Shown here: positions 1 to 12,109 of the stretch, one piece after another | Layout: each line of letters begins with the position of its first letter | Position numbering within the stretch: the stretch's first letter is position 1 | Assembly: GCA_023231475.1 (NCBI GenBank) | Contig: JALJEE010002013.1 | Span: forward strand, 1-64,000 | Reading direction: 5' to 3' | DNA from: Seison nebaliae | Lineage: Eukaryota | Length of the DNA: 64,000 nt | Program-made: the position numbers and the translations under genes | Notes under the pieces: model-generated | What the model saw: the letters and a program-made list of their open reading frames with translations, nothing else | Told to the model about the DNA's origin: nothing | Databases searched by the model: none

Positions 1-164
1 ACTTCAAAAATTATATCGTTTAGTTATTATGTATTATATATAATCTTATAATTAATTAATAATAATAAATTTTATAATTACATAATCATGAGTGAATAAC
101 TGTCCCCTTGAGGATTTTTATGTATGCTTATTATTTTTCCAGTTCAATTTTCATTATGTTTTGA

Positions 165-428
165 GGTTGAGAACTGTTCTTTTTTTCTCAAAAGGTTGAG
201 AACTATCCGAAAATACAAAAAACAGGTTGAGAACTGTCCGAAATTGAGGAAAAGAGTTGAGAACTGTCCGAAAAGTAATAAGAAGGGTGAGAACTGTCCG
301 AAAAATAAAAAAAAAAGTTGAGAACTGTCGGGGAAGAACGAAAAAAGGGTTGAAAACTGTCCTATTTTTTGGTTGAGAACTGTCCTCTACAAAATTTTTA
401 TATTGGGTTACGATCTGTCCCCCAATCC
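165..428. mobile_element. Terminal repeat array of a non-autonomous DNA transposon (MULE/foldback-like), right end only
   Basis: Eight copies of (G/A)GTTGAGAACTGTCC at ~30-bp spacing with A-rich spacers, then a variant copy ending ...CTGTCCCCCAATCC at 428. The same motif recurs at 17958-18247. Confidence 0.6.
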
Positions 429-529
429 CTCGTAAATATAGTCTTCCTGTCCTAGACCATTTGCCCCCATATATTTCTCGTACACCGAGGAACAGGATTC
501 CTCGAAGAACAATAAAACCAAGTTCTTTT

Positions 530-1905
530 TTCCCAAGTTGTGCGACAAGAAGTTGCGGAAAGTAGTGACTCGACCACTGGGTTTGCAGAGATCGATGTTG
601 AAGTCTCCGGCAATTAGGAAGGAATCGGACGAAGAGTGTGCGGATATAATGAAATCGAAGAATGCTTGAGTAGTCACGACATCGTTAGGAAATAGACGTT
701 CTAAAATCGACAACCTAGAGCGGAGAAGGGGAATCCGATGTCGACGTGTACGAGAAAGGACGATGGCAAGAAATGAGGTTAAACAAAAGCGACAAGTCCG
801 CCTGATGGACGTCCTTGATCGTTTTCGTTGGTGATGGCAGAAACGAAGAAGGGACGGTGGGACGACACGTAGAGCCAATCCTGTAGTGGAACAACTAACC
901 AGGTTTCTTGGCAAAAAACAATATCGTGTCCCAGTAGTTCCGGCAGACAATTTCGTATATTGGTTGGACCGTGAGAGTTGTAGGTGATGATGGACATTAG
1001 AGGAGCTGGAAGAGACGAATTGGTGTTTGAGTTCGGGTGCGGAACAGTAAGACACGGGAGAGTGATGTAGGAGAATGAGTGACGAGTGAAGTTGTGGAAG
1101 TAAATGAGGTGGAGTACTGACGAGGTTTCTCGGCAGACTTCAGTCATAGAGAAGAGCCTAGTTCTAATTTGAATCGATTAGTAAGGAATTCCTTCGCTTT
1201 CTGGTTGAATCAGATATATACCTTCTAGCCAAGTATCACTTTTAAGAAGTGATTCGCGGTCGGAAGTGTTAACCGAGATGAAAAAAGTAGTGGATTTTGA
1301 CAACTTGACTGGAATACGTTTCTTTTTCGCATTTTTTGTGGAGGTGGGTGGCGGATTGGCAGGTGGATCAGAGACCGTTGACCGTTGTGTACCGTTCCCT
1401 TGGTCTAAGTTAGCGGTGAAAACATCGCGATAATGACACGACGTACCCGGAGCAACCGTGATATTGACGGTGGACCAATCTTTTGGGACGACTTCAGAGG
1501 ATGTTGCTGAGGAGATGATTGAGGACGTGCTCGACGTCATTGACATGTCGGTGGAAGAGATACTGCAGGCGGATGTGGGAGAGTTACCCACGTCTGGTAC
1601 AGTTTCTAACTTCACGATTCTTTCAGTGATAGAGGAGACGACCTCTTGTAACTGCAGATAGTAATTCTTGGCGCGGTCGAGTTCGTCGCGGAGAGAGTTA
1701 AATTCGGCCCACGAAGGGGCGTCGAGTGACTGGTTGGTGGGATCCTCGTTCTTCCACTAAGGGGGACTACTCTGTTTCCTCCTCTTGTTGCCGGAATGTG
1801 GTGAGGATCTGCGATCAACCACACCGTTGAGTTGCTGTTCTGAAGTGTTGCCAGTAGATCGGAAGGCGCTGAGGACCTCGTTGAGCCGGAATTACGGTGA
1901 CAGTA
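530..1905 (-). mobile_element. Degenerate non-LTR retrotransposon (LINE): ORF1 remnant plus APE endonuclease start of ORF2; RT missing
   Basis: GC-rich island. APE motifs MSIITYN (ATG 997), DIVFCQETWL, GRPSGGL and FLIAGDFNIDL are split across frames. Upstream ORF 1178-1615 ends FFISV..LLKSDTWLEGI, resembling the ORF1 C-terminus of CR1/L2/Jockey-type elements. Confidence 0.8.
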
Positions 1906-1936
1906 AAAACTAGTTTTTAGTTTAATCTTTTTTTCT

Positions 1937-2023
1937 CAAAAACTTTTTAGGGAAAGTTTTTATTAGTTAAAAACTTTTTAGGAAAAGTTTTTATAAATAT
2001 TTATTAGTTAAAAACTTTTTAGG
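1937..2023. repeat. Short AT-rich tandem repeat with internal palindrome
   Basis: Three imperfect copies of AAAACTTTTTAGG(G/A)AAAGTTTT...ATTAGTT. Confidence 0.6.
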
Positions 2024-2320
2024 ATATTATGAACACATATACCGATCTTCTTTTCAATCTATATTCTAAAATTACAGATACATTTTGATTATATATCAGA
2101 TTATATCCACAATTGTCAGTTAAATTGGATTTTCTCTTGAATGTCTGCATTGCTTCACCTATCGCAATATCCTTTCTTGTTGTGAAATCATGAACTGATT
2201 TGTATCGAGTTCTCACTAAGTTCAACAAATATTTATTTACTTTTAATTTGTCCGAGTTAGAATTTTATAATCAGAGAGTACAATTTGTAAGTATCATCAG
2301 ATATGTTCTTATCGTTAATT
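2020..2320 (-). mobile_element. piggyBac-like transposase relic
   Basis: Minus-strand translation DKLKVNKYLLNLVRTRYKSV...RKDIAIGEAMQTFKRKSNL..DNCGY resembles the piggyBac DKLxKIRPLLD..F...SIDE(S/A)M..FKGRS.L...D..GY region. The first catalytic D reads G and there is an internal deletion. Confidence 0.5.
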
Positions 2321-2446
2321 AAATGGTCAAAAAATTAAAGTAAATTTCTTTTGAAAGTTATTGGGTACATAAATAGATATTAATTATATCTAAATTTATT
2401 CTTTTATCTTAAAATATCGAATTCTAATTAATTTATACAATTTTTT

Positions 2447-5400
2447 TTAATTGTGAGAATTCAATATTTGAGAAGCATTTGTTCTCCATTCATTTATCAA
2501 ACTTCTCAAAGGATCTGCGAACTCGGTTTTGGAAACATACCTGTAAGACGTTGGTCGCCATCCAAAAATTGTATGTTCCTGCCGATCACATGACACTCCA
2601 TCTTGTTCGACTGTTTTATTCAATTTTATTGGTATAGCTTCCGCCCGATTTCTATTTATCGGAGATTTATTTAGGAGTGTCGATTTAGTAGAAAACGAAA
2701 TATTGGAGATCAGTTGTTGATTATCGCCAATATGCTCATTCATATTTGGATTCTGTTTATTATTTTTAAACTTGGCTGGATGGAAAAATTGATTTCGATA
2801 ATCGACGAAACTGTCTTTTATCAAATCGTCGATTGTTTCGATTTGATGAACCATATTATTATCTTTTGTTGATCCGGAAGATGCTTTTTCTTTTAAACTT
2901 GTATCAATTCCATTTAGTTTCAATTGAGACAATTGACTGTTCAGATCATTAAGGAAAAAGTTGACGATTTGTAAATCCTTTTTTAAAAATTGTGAATTTT
3001 CATCATTTTTCATTTTTTGATAAATTATTGAATCGTATTTGGTTAAGTCAAAAAATATCAAACACTTCTCTACCATCAATTGACAATTTTGACAAAGGTT
3101 GCCTATTGAATTGATATCCGGTAATGGAATAAGATAAGGTTTACCTTTTGTCCTAATACCTTCCGTAACAATTAGAAGATGAGACATATATGGAAATATA
3201 ATTGAATCAATTTGATTAGTCTCAATACAAATCTTATCTCGATTTAGACAACCGAAAAGTAAATTAAAAATAATTTCGAAAATTTTCACCGATTTTGCAC
3301 AATCGTTTGTTGATTGAATTCGGTTAATGATATAAAATAAATTATGCAACAAATGAGACACGACTTGAAAATTTTGCGAGAATAAATCATCCGTATTGAT
3401 TACAATGAAATAATTAGTATGGTTTTTTACTTCAATTGGTGAATGGACCAAACTAATTCCACAAAACCGGAGAAGAACTCGAACCATTTTATTGTTAGCT
3501 AGATCACTTGAGATTGAATGAATATTTTGAAAATCTCTTGTTTTCAATTTCGTCTCAATGTTGGAGAATAGATTGATGAATTCTAAAAGAAATGATGGAA
3601 TTGAATGGAAAGATATGTCTTCAAAATTGCTTAAAGAAGATTCATCGATTAAATGGGACGAATATAATTCTTTTATTTGAACATCCGTCAAATTTACATT
3701 GAAAAACATTTGATGAAATATAATGATAATCATTGACAAGATCGACAATTGATGATTGGGAATATTAGAAAATTTGTTTAAGTTATCAAATTTCTTATTG
3801 TAAAGAAATAATTCGTTAAATCTAATGTCATATGATAATGAGGCACATTGAAGTTCAAAGAGATTATTTCCTAAATTTCCTTCACAAATTATTTCATCAA
3901 TTATTCGGAGATGTTCCTGATAAAATTGAAGATTCTTTCCATTAGTAATCGCTGAAAAGAAGTTGATTTTACTGTCTCTTCTACCGTTAAATTGATAAAT
4001 TGGGACGTACGTTTTCGTGGAAGAATAATAGAGATTGTCATGTATAGTAATCTGTTCGGACAAATATGAAGTTTGTTTATAAAATTTAATCATTACTTCA
4101 TCAACTTCATTAATAATTTCTTTCATATTCAATTGTGTCGATGATTGTGTGGAGTGAAATAGATATTGTTTCCCACTGAAATATATTATATTTTGAACAC
4201 CACATAATTTAAATGTTGTAATCCATTTTCTTATGGAATTCTCAAATTCGTATTCAATTCGTTGTTGGGTAATTGATGATGAATTAAATTCTGTTGACAG
4301 TTCAGAAATAAAATTAGTTGAAATTATCGATTTCACATCAAAACAAAGAAATTCAACATGTTCCATGTTTATCCAACTCACATCTTTCGGTGTAACGACA
4401 TCAAAATTTTTCAATTTTTCATTTTTTTTTATATTTTTCAATAATCTATCTTTCATCGATAACGAACAAATGAGATTACCATCATCCGAAAAAACGGTAT
4501 ATAAATGAATTATTCGGAATTGTTGTAAGGAAAACTGCAAATTTTGCTTAGTGAATAAATCGCCATCAATAATGAAATAATCACCAATAATCGAATGAAT
4601 CTTAAAAATGTAATGTTGAGCATATTGAAATATAGTTGGTACTCGAAAGACGGAAGGACAACCAATCACACAAATACGATTTACTAAATCAGTACCTTTC
4701 AATTTCAACAACTTTTTCAGACTTCGTGTTTCGTCTATCCATTTTTCATCGTTTTTTAATTCTCGAACTTTTGTTTGGTCATTCTGATTTCCTGGTTGTT
4801 TCTTCGTTTTATACTCTCGATTAATGTCAAAATAATTGATGAGATCGATTGAATGAAATATTCGATGTATTCCTGTTCTTATTTTGAAAAGAAATAATAA
4901 TGGAAGATTATTGAACACCAAATTATTATCGTTGATTATTGTCATATTATGTTGGTGACCGATTTTGAGTAAATTAAATAAATTATTCGTGTTTGTCAAT
5001 GTTTTGTGATCGAAAATTAATCTCATTATTTGATCAATTAAACTGATGAGAATTAATTCTTGCTTTTCATCACTGATCAATTTTATTTCGCTCATAAATT
5101 CTTCATAGGATTGATGAAATTTTCTTATTCTCATACTTTCTGTTGAGACATAAGTATCATCATCGTCAGTACTAGTAGTTGTCGTATTGTTCTCTGAAGA
5201 GAGAAATAAAGAAGAAGCAGTTTCAATGGATAATGAACTGCCCGATAATCGTCTTGATGTCTGCCAATTATCTAACCAATTCATAACATATTCATAATTT
5301 TTCCCATATTTAGTTTTCTGAGTCTTGATATTCTCTTGTCGAATCAAACGATTCTCATCCAATTGTAGATTTAAACGGACATTGAACGGGTTAATCTTTT

Positions 5401-8308
5401 CCGTTTCGTTGATAATTTTATTTAAACGAATTGAGAGAAATAAATTGTAACTCCAGAGTAAATGAAGGAAATGAGTTGTTATGTCAAACATCGTTTGATG
5501 AATGAAGACTTCATTCTTCAACATGTAACAATGAGTAACGATCTGATATTGAAAAAGTTGGGAATGGAAAAGAATAAAATTAAAATCTTTCGCTTCTTTC
5601 CTACGATGGGAATGTTGACGAGTTGTTCCGCTCACATCACTTCGGTGGGTGTCACACAAAGTTGTCAGAAATGAACTATCAATAAAATTATGTTGATCAA
5701 TCGCACAAACTACGTTGAAATATTTCTCAATTGGTAATAATCCAAAAAGATATTCCTCCAACTTCAATTCTCGATTCGTCCAATTCATTAAATTGAATAT
5801 AAATCGATTAATTTCAGTAGCATCACATTCGGCAATCCGAAGACTCATGACAATATTATGAATAATACTTAAAGTTAATGATAATTCTGAATAAGAATAA
5901 TTGAATTGTTTCCATTCATGGAAATGGCGATGTAATTCTTTAGACATATTGAACAAATAATGGAACAAATAGAAAATATAAGAACAAGTCTCCAGGAAAT
6001 CAATGAAAATGTCAAGTTCATTTTTGAATTTTTCTTCTTCTTTCACTAGCAACGAACTAAAATATTTGAAAAGAAGTAGAATTGTTCCAAACACTTTCCT
6101 GATATCGAAGTGATTATTCAAAAATTGGTTAATACTTTTAATTGATTGTTTATTTGTGAAGAATCGAATTAATTCTCTCGCAGGAGATTGCAATCGAATT
6201 AATAAAATTTTCAAAAGATGTGAATGAAATTCCTGAAAATATTCATAATATTTTATTTTCAATTTCTCTTGAAAATAAATCCGATGATTTAAATTGAATT
6301 TTACACAAAAATATTTCTTTTTGTTCAATAACAAATCTTCAATATCATATTCTAAATAATCTTCCAACACTTTAATCCATTTTCCACATTGACTATAATG
6401 ATTACTTCCAATCAATATCTGAATCAATTCAATATAAGAATAAAATAATTGCGATTGTATTACAACGGAATCCTTCTCGTTTCTATTAAAGATTTTTATA
6501 GTTTCACATGAAATAACATTTCGTTTGTACAACGAAATATCTTCCGTCAATAGTTCAATAATTTTCATTCGATTTTCCATCATTACCAATTTGTATCGAT
6601 TAATTTTTAAATTCGAAAATCTTTTCCTCAACTCAACGAACATTATTCGATCGTTAGTTTTATTATAAAACGTTTTCATTAATTCATCGACTTGATTTGA
6701 CATTTTATCGAACTGAATTAAATTTAACAGATTTAATTGAATTTTCATTGTCATAAGAAGAATTAAAATCTTTTCCAAATAATATTGTTCCGTCAACTCT
6801 TCTTGTCTTGAATGTAATAATTCGATGTGTCTCTTCAATTCCTTCTTACATATCATATAATCTTTCTTTGATATATAATTTTCATATTTGGAAAATTTTA
6901 ATGAAAAAGATTCATCTAAAAAAATTTCATCAGTATCTTCTTCAATTATTCCGTTGACAATCAGAACCGAACGAACCTTTTTCATTTCCGATTCCTTCAA
7001 GAAATGCATTTGCAATTCATAAATAAATCTTATGAGCGATTTTGGTCGATTCATAATCATTAACAATTCTCTTAAATTATTCAAAAAATGTTTAAGATCA
7101 ATAATAGAGATATTTGAAGAATATAATTCCCATTTTGTTAACAATTGATCAACGTTGTCATTACAATTGATTTTCAATGATTCACTACTTCGTATATTTG
7201 AAGTTGAAAAATCGATTGAATTCGAATCAACCTGTTTAATTTCTTCATTCTTCATCCATAAATTATCCATAAAACATTCTTCCGATTTATTTGAAATGAT
7301 TTCTTCCAAATTGTCGGAATTATAAGATTGAATCAATTTCTTTTCTTTTAATTGAAATAAATCGATGGTAAATTCAATCGATATATTCAACCAATTCTCA
7401 CACATTGATAAGAATTCTTTTTGTTCTTCAAAGCTTTTATTATCTTCTGATATCATTGATATGTCCCTCCATTCATTGAGACAATAATCAATGCAAACAT
7501 TATTTAATTTTAATTGGTTATTCTACAGAGAAAAATAATTTGAAAGTTTAAAAAATTTCAATTTTCACTAACTATATTTAACTGATATCTCGCGTGTTTG
7601 ATAGATAAATTGTAAATGAATTTGACGTATTTGAGTAAAATGAATTTTAGTTTTTTTTCATAAATTATTTGGAAGATCTCAATGAAGAAATCACAAATTG
7701 TCAAAGTTTTCTCCACTTCCATAAAATCCATATGATGATGATAAATGATGTTAGTCAAATGAATGACTAATAGTTTTATATTGAAATCATTTGACTTCAA
7801 TAGTTTCTTCTCAATCAAGTCCAACAAAATTAAAGCAGCCATTTCTCTACGATCACTCACGTTGTAATGACAACAAAGTAGAATTTTCGTCTTCAAAAAT
7901 ATATTAGAAATTGTGAAATTTATGGAAGAGTTTACAAACCTCTATGTTTATTTCATCCAACTTTTCCAATTCGTCCAATCTTTTACCGAGTTCAGGAGAT
8001 CCTAAAAACTTCCGGTTCATATCAATTTGACAACATAATTTCCTTAGTTCCAAATCGACATTCCGTTCATTCAACATTTCCGAACATTTCTCATATAATT
8101 CAGATGCGTTTTCGAAACATTTTCTTCTTACACAATGATCAGCTAATCGCCAAATGTCTTGGAGCTGAAAAAAATACATTTTCAGTATTAAAAATTAACA
8201 AGAAACTTCACGATTCTCTTCATCTTCGATCACTTCATCTAATACCAAATTATCAGTTGAACGATCGTTATCGTGAGGTTTGAGTAAAATTTCTGCAAAA
8301 CGTTTCAT
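2447..8308 (-). CDS. Large helical-repeat protein with degenerate CHAT domain, TTC28-like (4 exons)
   Basis: ATG 8308; frame-consistent introns 8165-8206, 7891-7939 and 7523-7572 join into the 1669-aa ORF. Segments ICVIGCP, DLFTKQNLQFSLQQFRIIHLYT, VTPKDV and TTFKLCGVQNII parallel CHAT motifs (VVGNP, ATKERV..L....VHFATH, LTAADV, RAFLAAGAQCV). Confidence 0.6.
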
Positions 8309-8348
8309 GTTATTTATTGTTATGTAAAATTACCAGAAACAAATGTTG

Positions 8349-8362
8349 GTTACCATAGAAAC
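8349..8362. promoter_or_regulatory. RFX X-box
   Basis: GTTACCATAGAAAC fits GTHNYY-AT-RRNAAC; 41 bp upstream of the ATG at 8308. Confidence 0.65.
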
Positions 8363-8596
8363 TTGTATGTAGATTAAAATTTGATTTTTCTTCAAAAAAA
8401 AGTTAATCTTTAAAGTTAAATTGCTGACGAATGTGGACGCTGTAATTTTAATGAATTTTATTGAAAATAAAATAAAATTATTCCTAAAATAATTCATTAA
8501 AAAAAGATGATTCTTCCTTAAAAAATTATAGGAAATATATAAAAGAAACAACAAAATAAAAATGACAAATCCTATTGCTGTAATATGTTTGGTGTA

Positions 8597-8615
8597 TGTG
8601 TGTGTGTGTGTGTGT
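8597..8615. repeat. (TG)n microsatellite
   Basis: Direct reading. Confidence 0.9.
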
Positions 8616-9577
8616 AAACGTAATGAATTGAGTATCATATATTTATAATGGATAGAATTGAATAAATATATTGATTTGAATGAATGATGAAAGAAGATGT
8701 AAAGGAAATTATTCGAGAGAACGTTGATGTCTTATTTCAATTCGTTGAAAATCGGAGAATTCTTTAAGTTTAAGAAGTCGGATTATTATTTGAAGTTACT
8801 GCGGATCGATAAGAATGTTAGATAATAGTTTGGAGTTAAAGGAAGAGATTATGAATAAATAATAATAATTCAACCAAACAGAAAATAATTCGGATTGAAC
8901 CAGAGTTACAACAGCATAGAATTCGTTTTGTAGAAGGGAAAGTGGGTGAAAATGAAGAGATAATAATATTACAATAATTATGATAAAGATATTATTGTTG
9001 TTGTTTTTCTGTTAGTGATAATAAAAGTGAATCATGAGAAATTGTAGACGATTAAGGATTAGAGGTCAAAATGAATACCTCTTTTTTCTTTGAAATTTGC
9101 GAATAATTTCGAATCTCTCTACATGCATCGAACCGTCATATCCAAATAAAAGAAATTTGAAATGTGAATGTTTTTTCTTGTTATTATTTAAAGATTATTT
9201 ATATTATTATGATGATTATTATTATTGTTAATTTTTTTTTTCAGCGACATGTTACCGGTGATTTGTTAACAATCGCCACTACCTTCCACCTGTGATTAAT
9301 AGAAAAAAAAAAGAGAAATAGAAATTATGGTAAATATTGAGAAAAATGTAATAAAAAAAAGTGCATTGAAGAAAAAAAGGAAATTTGATGAAAACGAAAT
9401 AATTCTTTTCATTATTCTCCTGATCCATTGATCTCTTCATAAGATCAGAAAGATTTGTATGGAGAATGAAAGAAAAATGTTTTTTACATTTGATTCGAAA
9501 CAACTTCTTCTGCCATGACGCAAAGTATCAATATATCATCGAAACTGAAATATTTGTGAGGTTTTTCTTTGAAAATT

Positions 9578-11012
9578 TTAATTTTCCGTATTATCAGATT
9601 TACTCTCTTTATCCGTTTTGGATTTATCATTCTTCTCTGTCTTATTATCTTTCCCACTCGATGATGTGTCAACATCAGGAGTTGGAACTGCCTTACTCTT
9701 ATTATTATTCAAATTATTTACTGTACCTGAATCGAGACCATTTCCCTGACTAGCATTTTGACTGCCAGCATGTAATGTATTCATTTCTTGTTGTATTGGA
9801 TTATTCAGATTGGTTGTAACGATATTTGTATGTCCACTTGTCACTGTTGGTAAGTTGCCGTTTAATGCAGCTACGGCTGCCTTCTGTTTCAACATCGTCC
9901 AATCGAACAGATAATCATAAGTGTGATTTAATGTTCGGAAAAGAATTCTGAAGAGTTGTCTCAAATACATGTAATCTGGAGGTTCTTCGAATCGGAGACC
10001 TCTACAATAATTGAGGTACATTGCGAATTCTGAAGGGAAACCCTAAAAAAAATTTCATATTATTTTCCATCATTATCAAATTGACAAAACTTTACAGAGA
10101 ATTTCTATTGGCGTCGCCATCTTCTTCTCACTGATTCGTTCATATTTCTGCTTTTTTGTTGTGGCTTTCAATCCTTGCCATGGCAATGATCCTCGATTGA
10201 AATACATGAATACATATCCCATCGATTCCATATCGTCACGTCGCGATTGTTCAATTCCCAAATGGGCATTGATCGATGCATATCGTGCCGTTCCCGTCAA
10301 GTTCTTGTCTTCCCGATAAGGAATATGTGATCTGGTTCTTGAATCACGGAATTTCTTTGCTAAACCGAAATCGATTAAGAAGACCTGTTTTTTTTGGATA
10401 AATGAAAGAGAATTTAAAAATTGATCAATCACTTTTTAACCTTATTACAATGACGTCCTATTCCCATGAGATAATTGTCTGGTTTAATATCTCGATGAAT
10501 AAAATTTCTATTGTGACAATATTCGACTCTTCCGATCATCTGATAAGATAATTTATTTTAAGAAACGAAAAAGAAAATTGGAACTTGATCGGATAACATG
10601 AGAACAGTTTTCATGGTGAATCGTCTGGAACAGAAATTGAAGAGATCTTCCAAACTCGGTCCCAACAAATCCATTACCAGTACACTGAATTGTTGTTCTT
10701 GACCGAAATATCTCATATGTGGAATTCCGATTCCTCCCGATAATATACGATATAATTTACTTTCATATAATAATTGTGGATGTCTCGCTTTCAACGATTC
10801 CATCTTAACAGCGACTTCCTTCAAAAAATGTCGTTACAATTTTAAAAAAACGAATAAAATCGAATAACTTCGCCATTGATGAGATTAATTCCTAAATAAA
10901 TATCTCCGAATGAACCACTGCCAATTTTACGAACGAGACGATATTTCTCTCCAACAATGAAATCGCGGGTATCAACATTATGTGTCTTTGCGCCCATACT
11001 GCTACAAGCCAT
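9578..11012 (-). CDS. CSNK1A1: Casein kinase I alpha (5 exons)
   Basis: Spliced product [84 protein letters not shown]. Introns 10819-10868, 10540-10584, 10385-10440, 10043-10090. Confidence 0.97.
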
Positions 11013-12109
11013 TACTCTGATAAGTCCGCTTCACAATATGGGAGGTCGGTGTTTAACGAATAGTTGCTCTATTGATTGAAAGATATGAATGTGAATAAGT
11101 TTAATTGAATCAATTTATTTTCTCACATTGGAAAATGAGACGTTGAAAAAAAATCAATTAAGAATCGAAAATATTCAGGATATGACAAAAAAGATCGAAT
11201 TTCTGTTGGACATCCACAACTAGTGGGAAAACGTCGACATTTCTATAAATTTATGTTTGAAACATATGAAAAATTATGCCACATTCGTTAAATGAAAGAC
11301 ATATAACTAGTAAGATCGAGAGATATCAAACTCGGTTTGTATAAGAGAAATATTTCTTGGAATAATAAACATAGGCGATTGAACATATGTTAGAATACAA
11401 ATTAACATTTCATGGATCAACAATTTACAATTATTCTCAAATAATCTTCCACCACATTCATGCAGTTTAGTTAGGATATTGTGGTATTTAAATTGGAAGC
11501 TCATGAAATATTAAATAATGTTTCATTTATTGGTAAAGCTTTTAATTCGAATAAATAAATAACATTAAAAATTTTCTAGTTAGCAAACTGGAACGTTTCC
11601 TAATAATTTCCTTTGATCACTAAGTAATTTATCGATAATATTTACCAAGAAATCTGATTGTTCTAGTCTCTACAATCAGCCTTTATCTGTTGGAACATAT
11701 TATTTTATGTATGTAGACATGAATAATAAAATCATACACTCCATAATGGAGATTATTTATAATATACTTTCTAATTAAACTAACAACTGATTAATTGGTC
11801 CATGCTACAAAATTCTTCTAGTGATTGTGGCCACTTATTATTTTCAATTAGTACAAGCAATTTTTTTCTTAATTACCATGACTTGAATCATTTACATTTA
11901 TTAAAATTTACAATCGCTTTTCGATGGTAATTATCTTATTGTCCATCGAATAGATGAGAAAAACCGATAAATAATATCGAATGCTCTGCTTCAGTTGATT
12001 TGAACGTTCTACTTCAATGATCATGTTCATCCATTGTCCAATTTCTTTAAAATTATTTTTATTAATAAAATTGAAAAAACTTTCATTTTCCAAATTGTAA
12101 CTGTTCGCC

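Noticed and set aside
165..390. Regularly spaced ~15-bp repeats resembling a CRISPR array, and ORF 124-321
   Set aside because: Spacers are short, A-rich and similar; no cas genes; eukaryotic context. The ORF is just the translated repeat.
7456..11012. Fragmented ORFs suggesting an alternative genetic code, readthrough or pseudogenes
   Set aside because: Each break is explained by a short GT-AG intron that restores frame, and multi-kb exons translate cleanly with the standard code.
11307..11900. Possible decayed coding or transposase sequence between CK1 and the INPP5K-like gene
   Set aside because: No motif I could assign and multiple stops in all frames.
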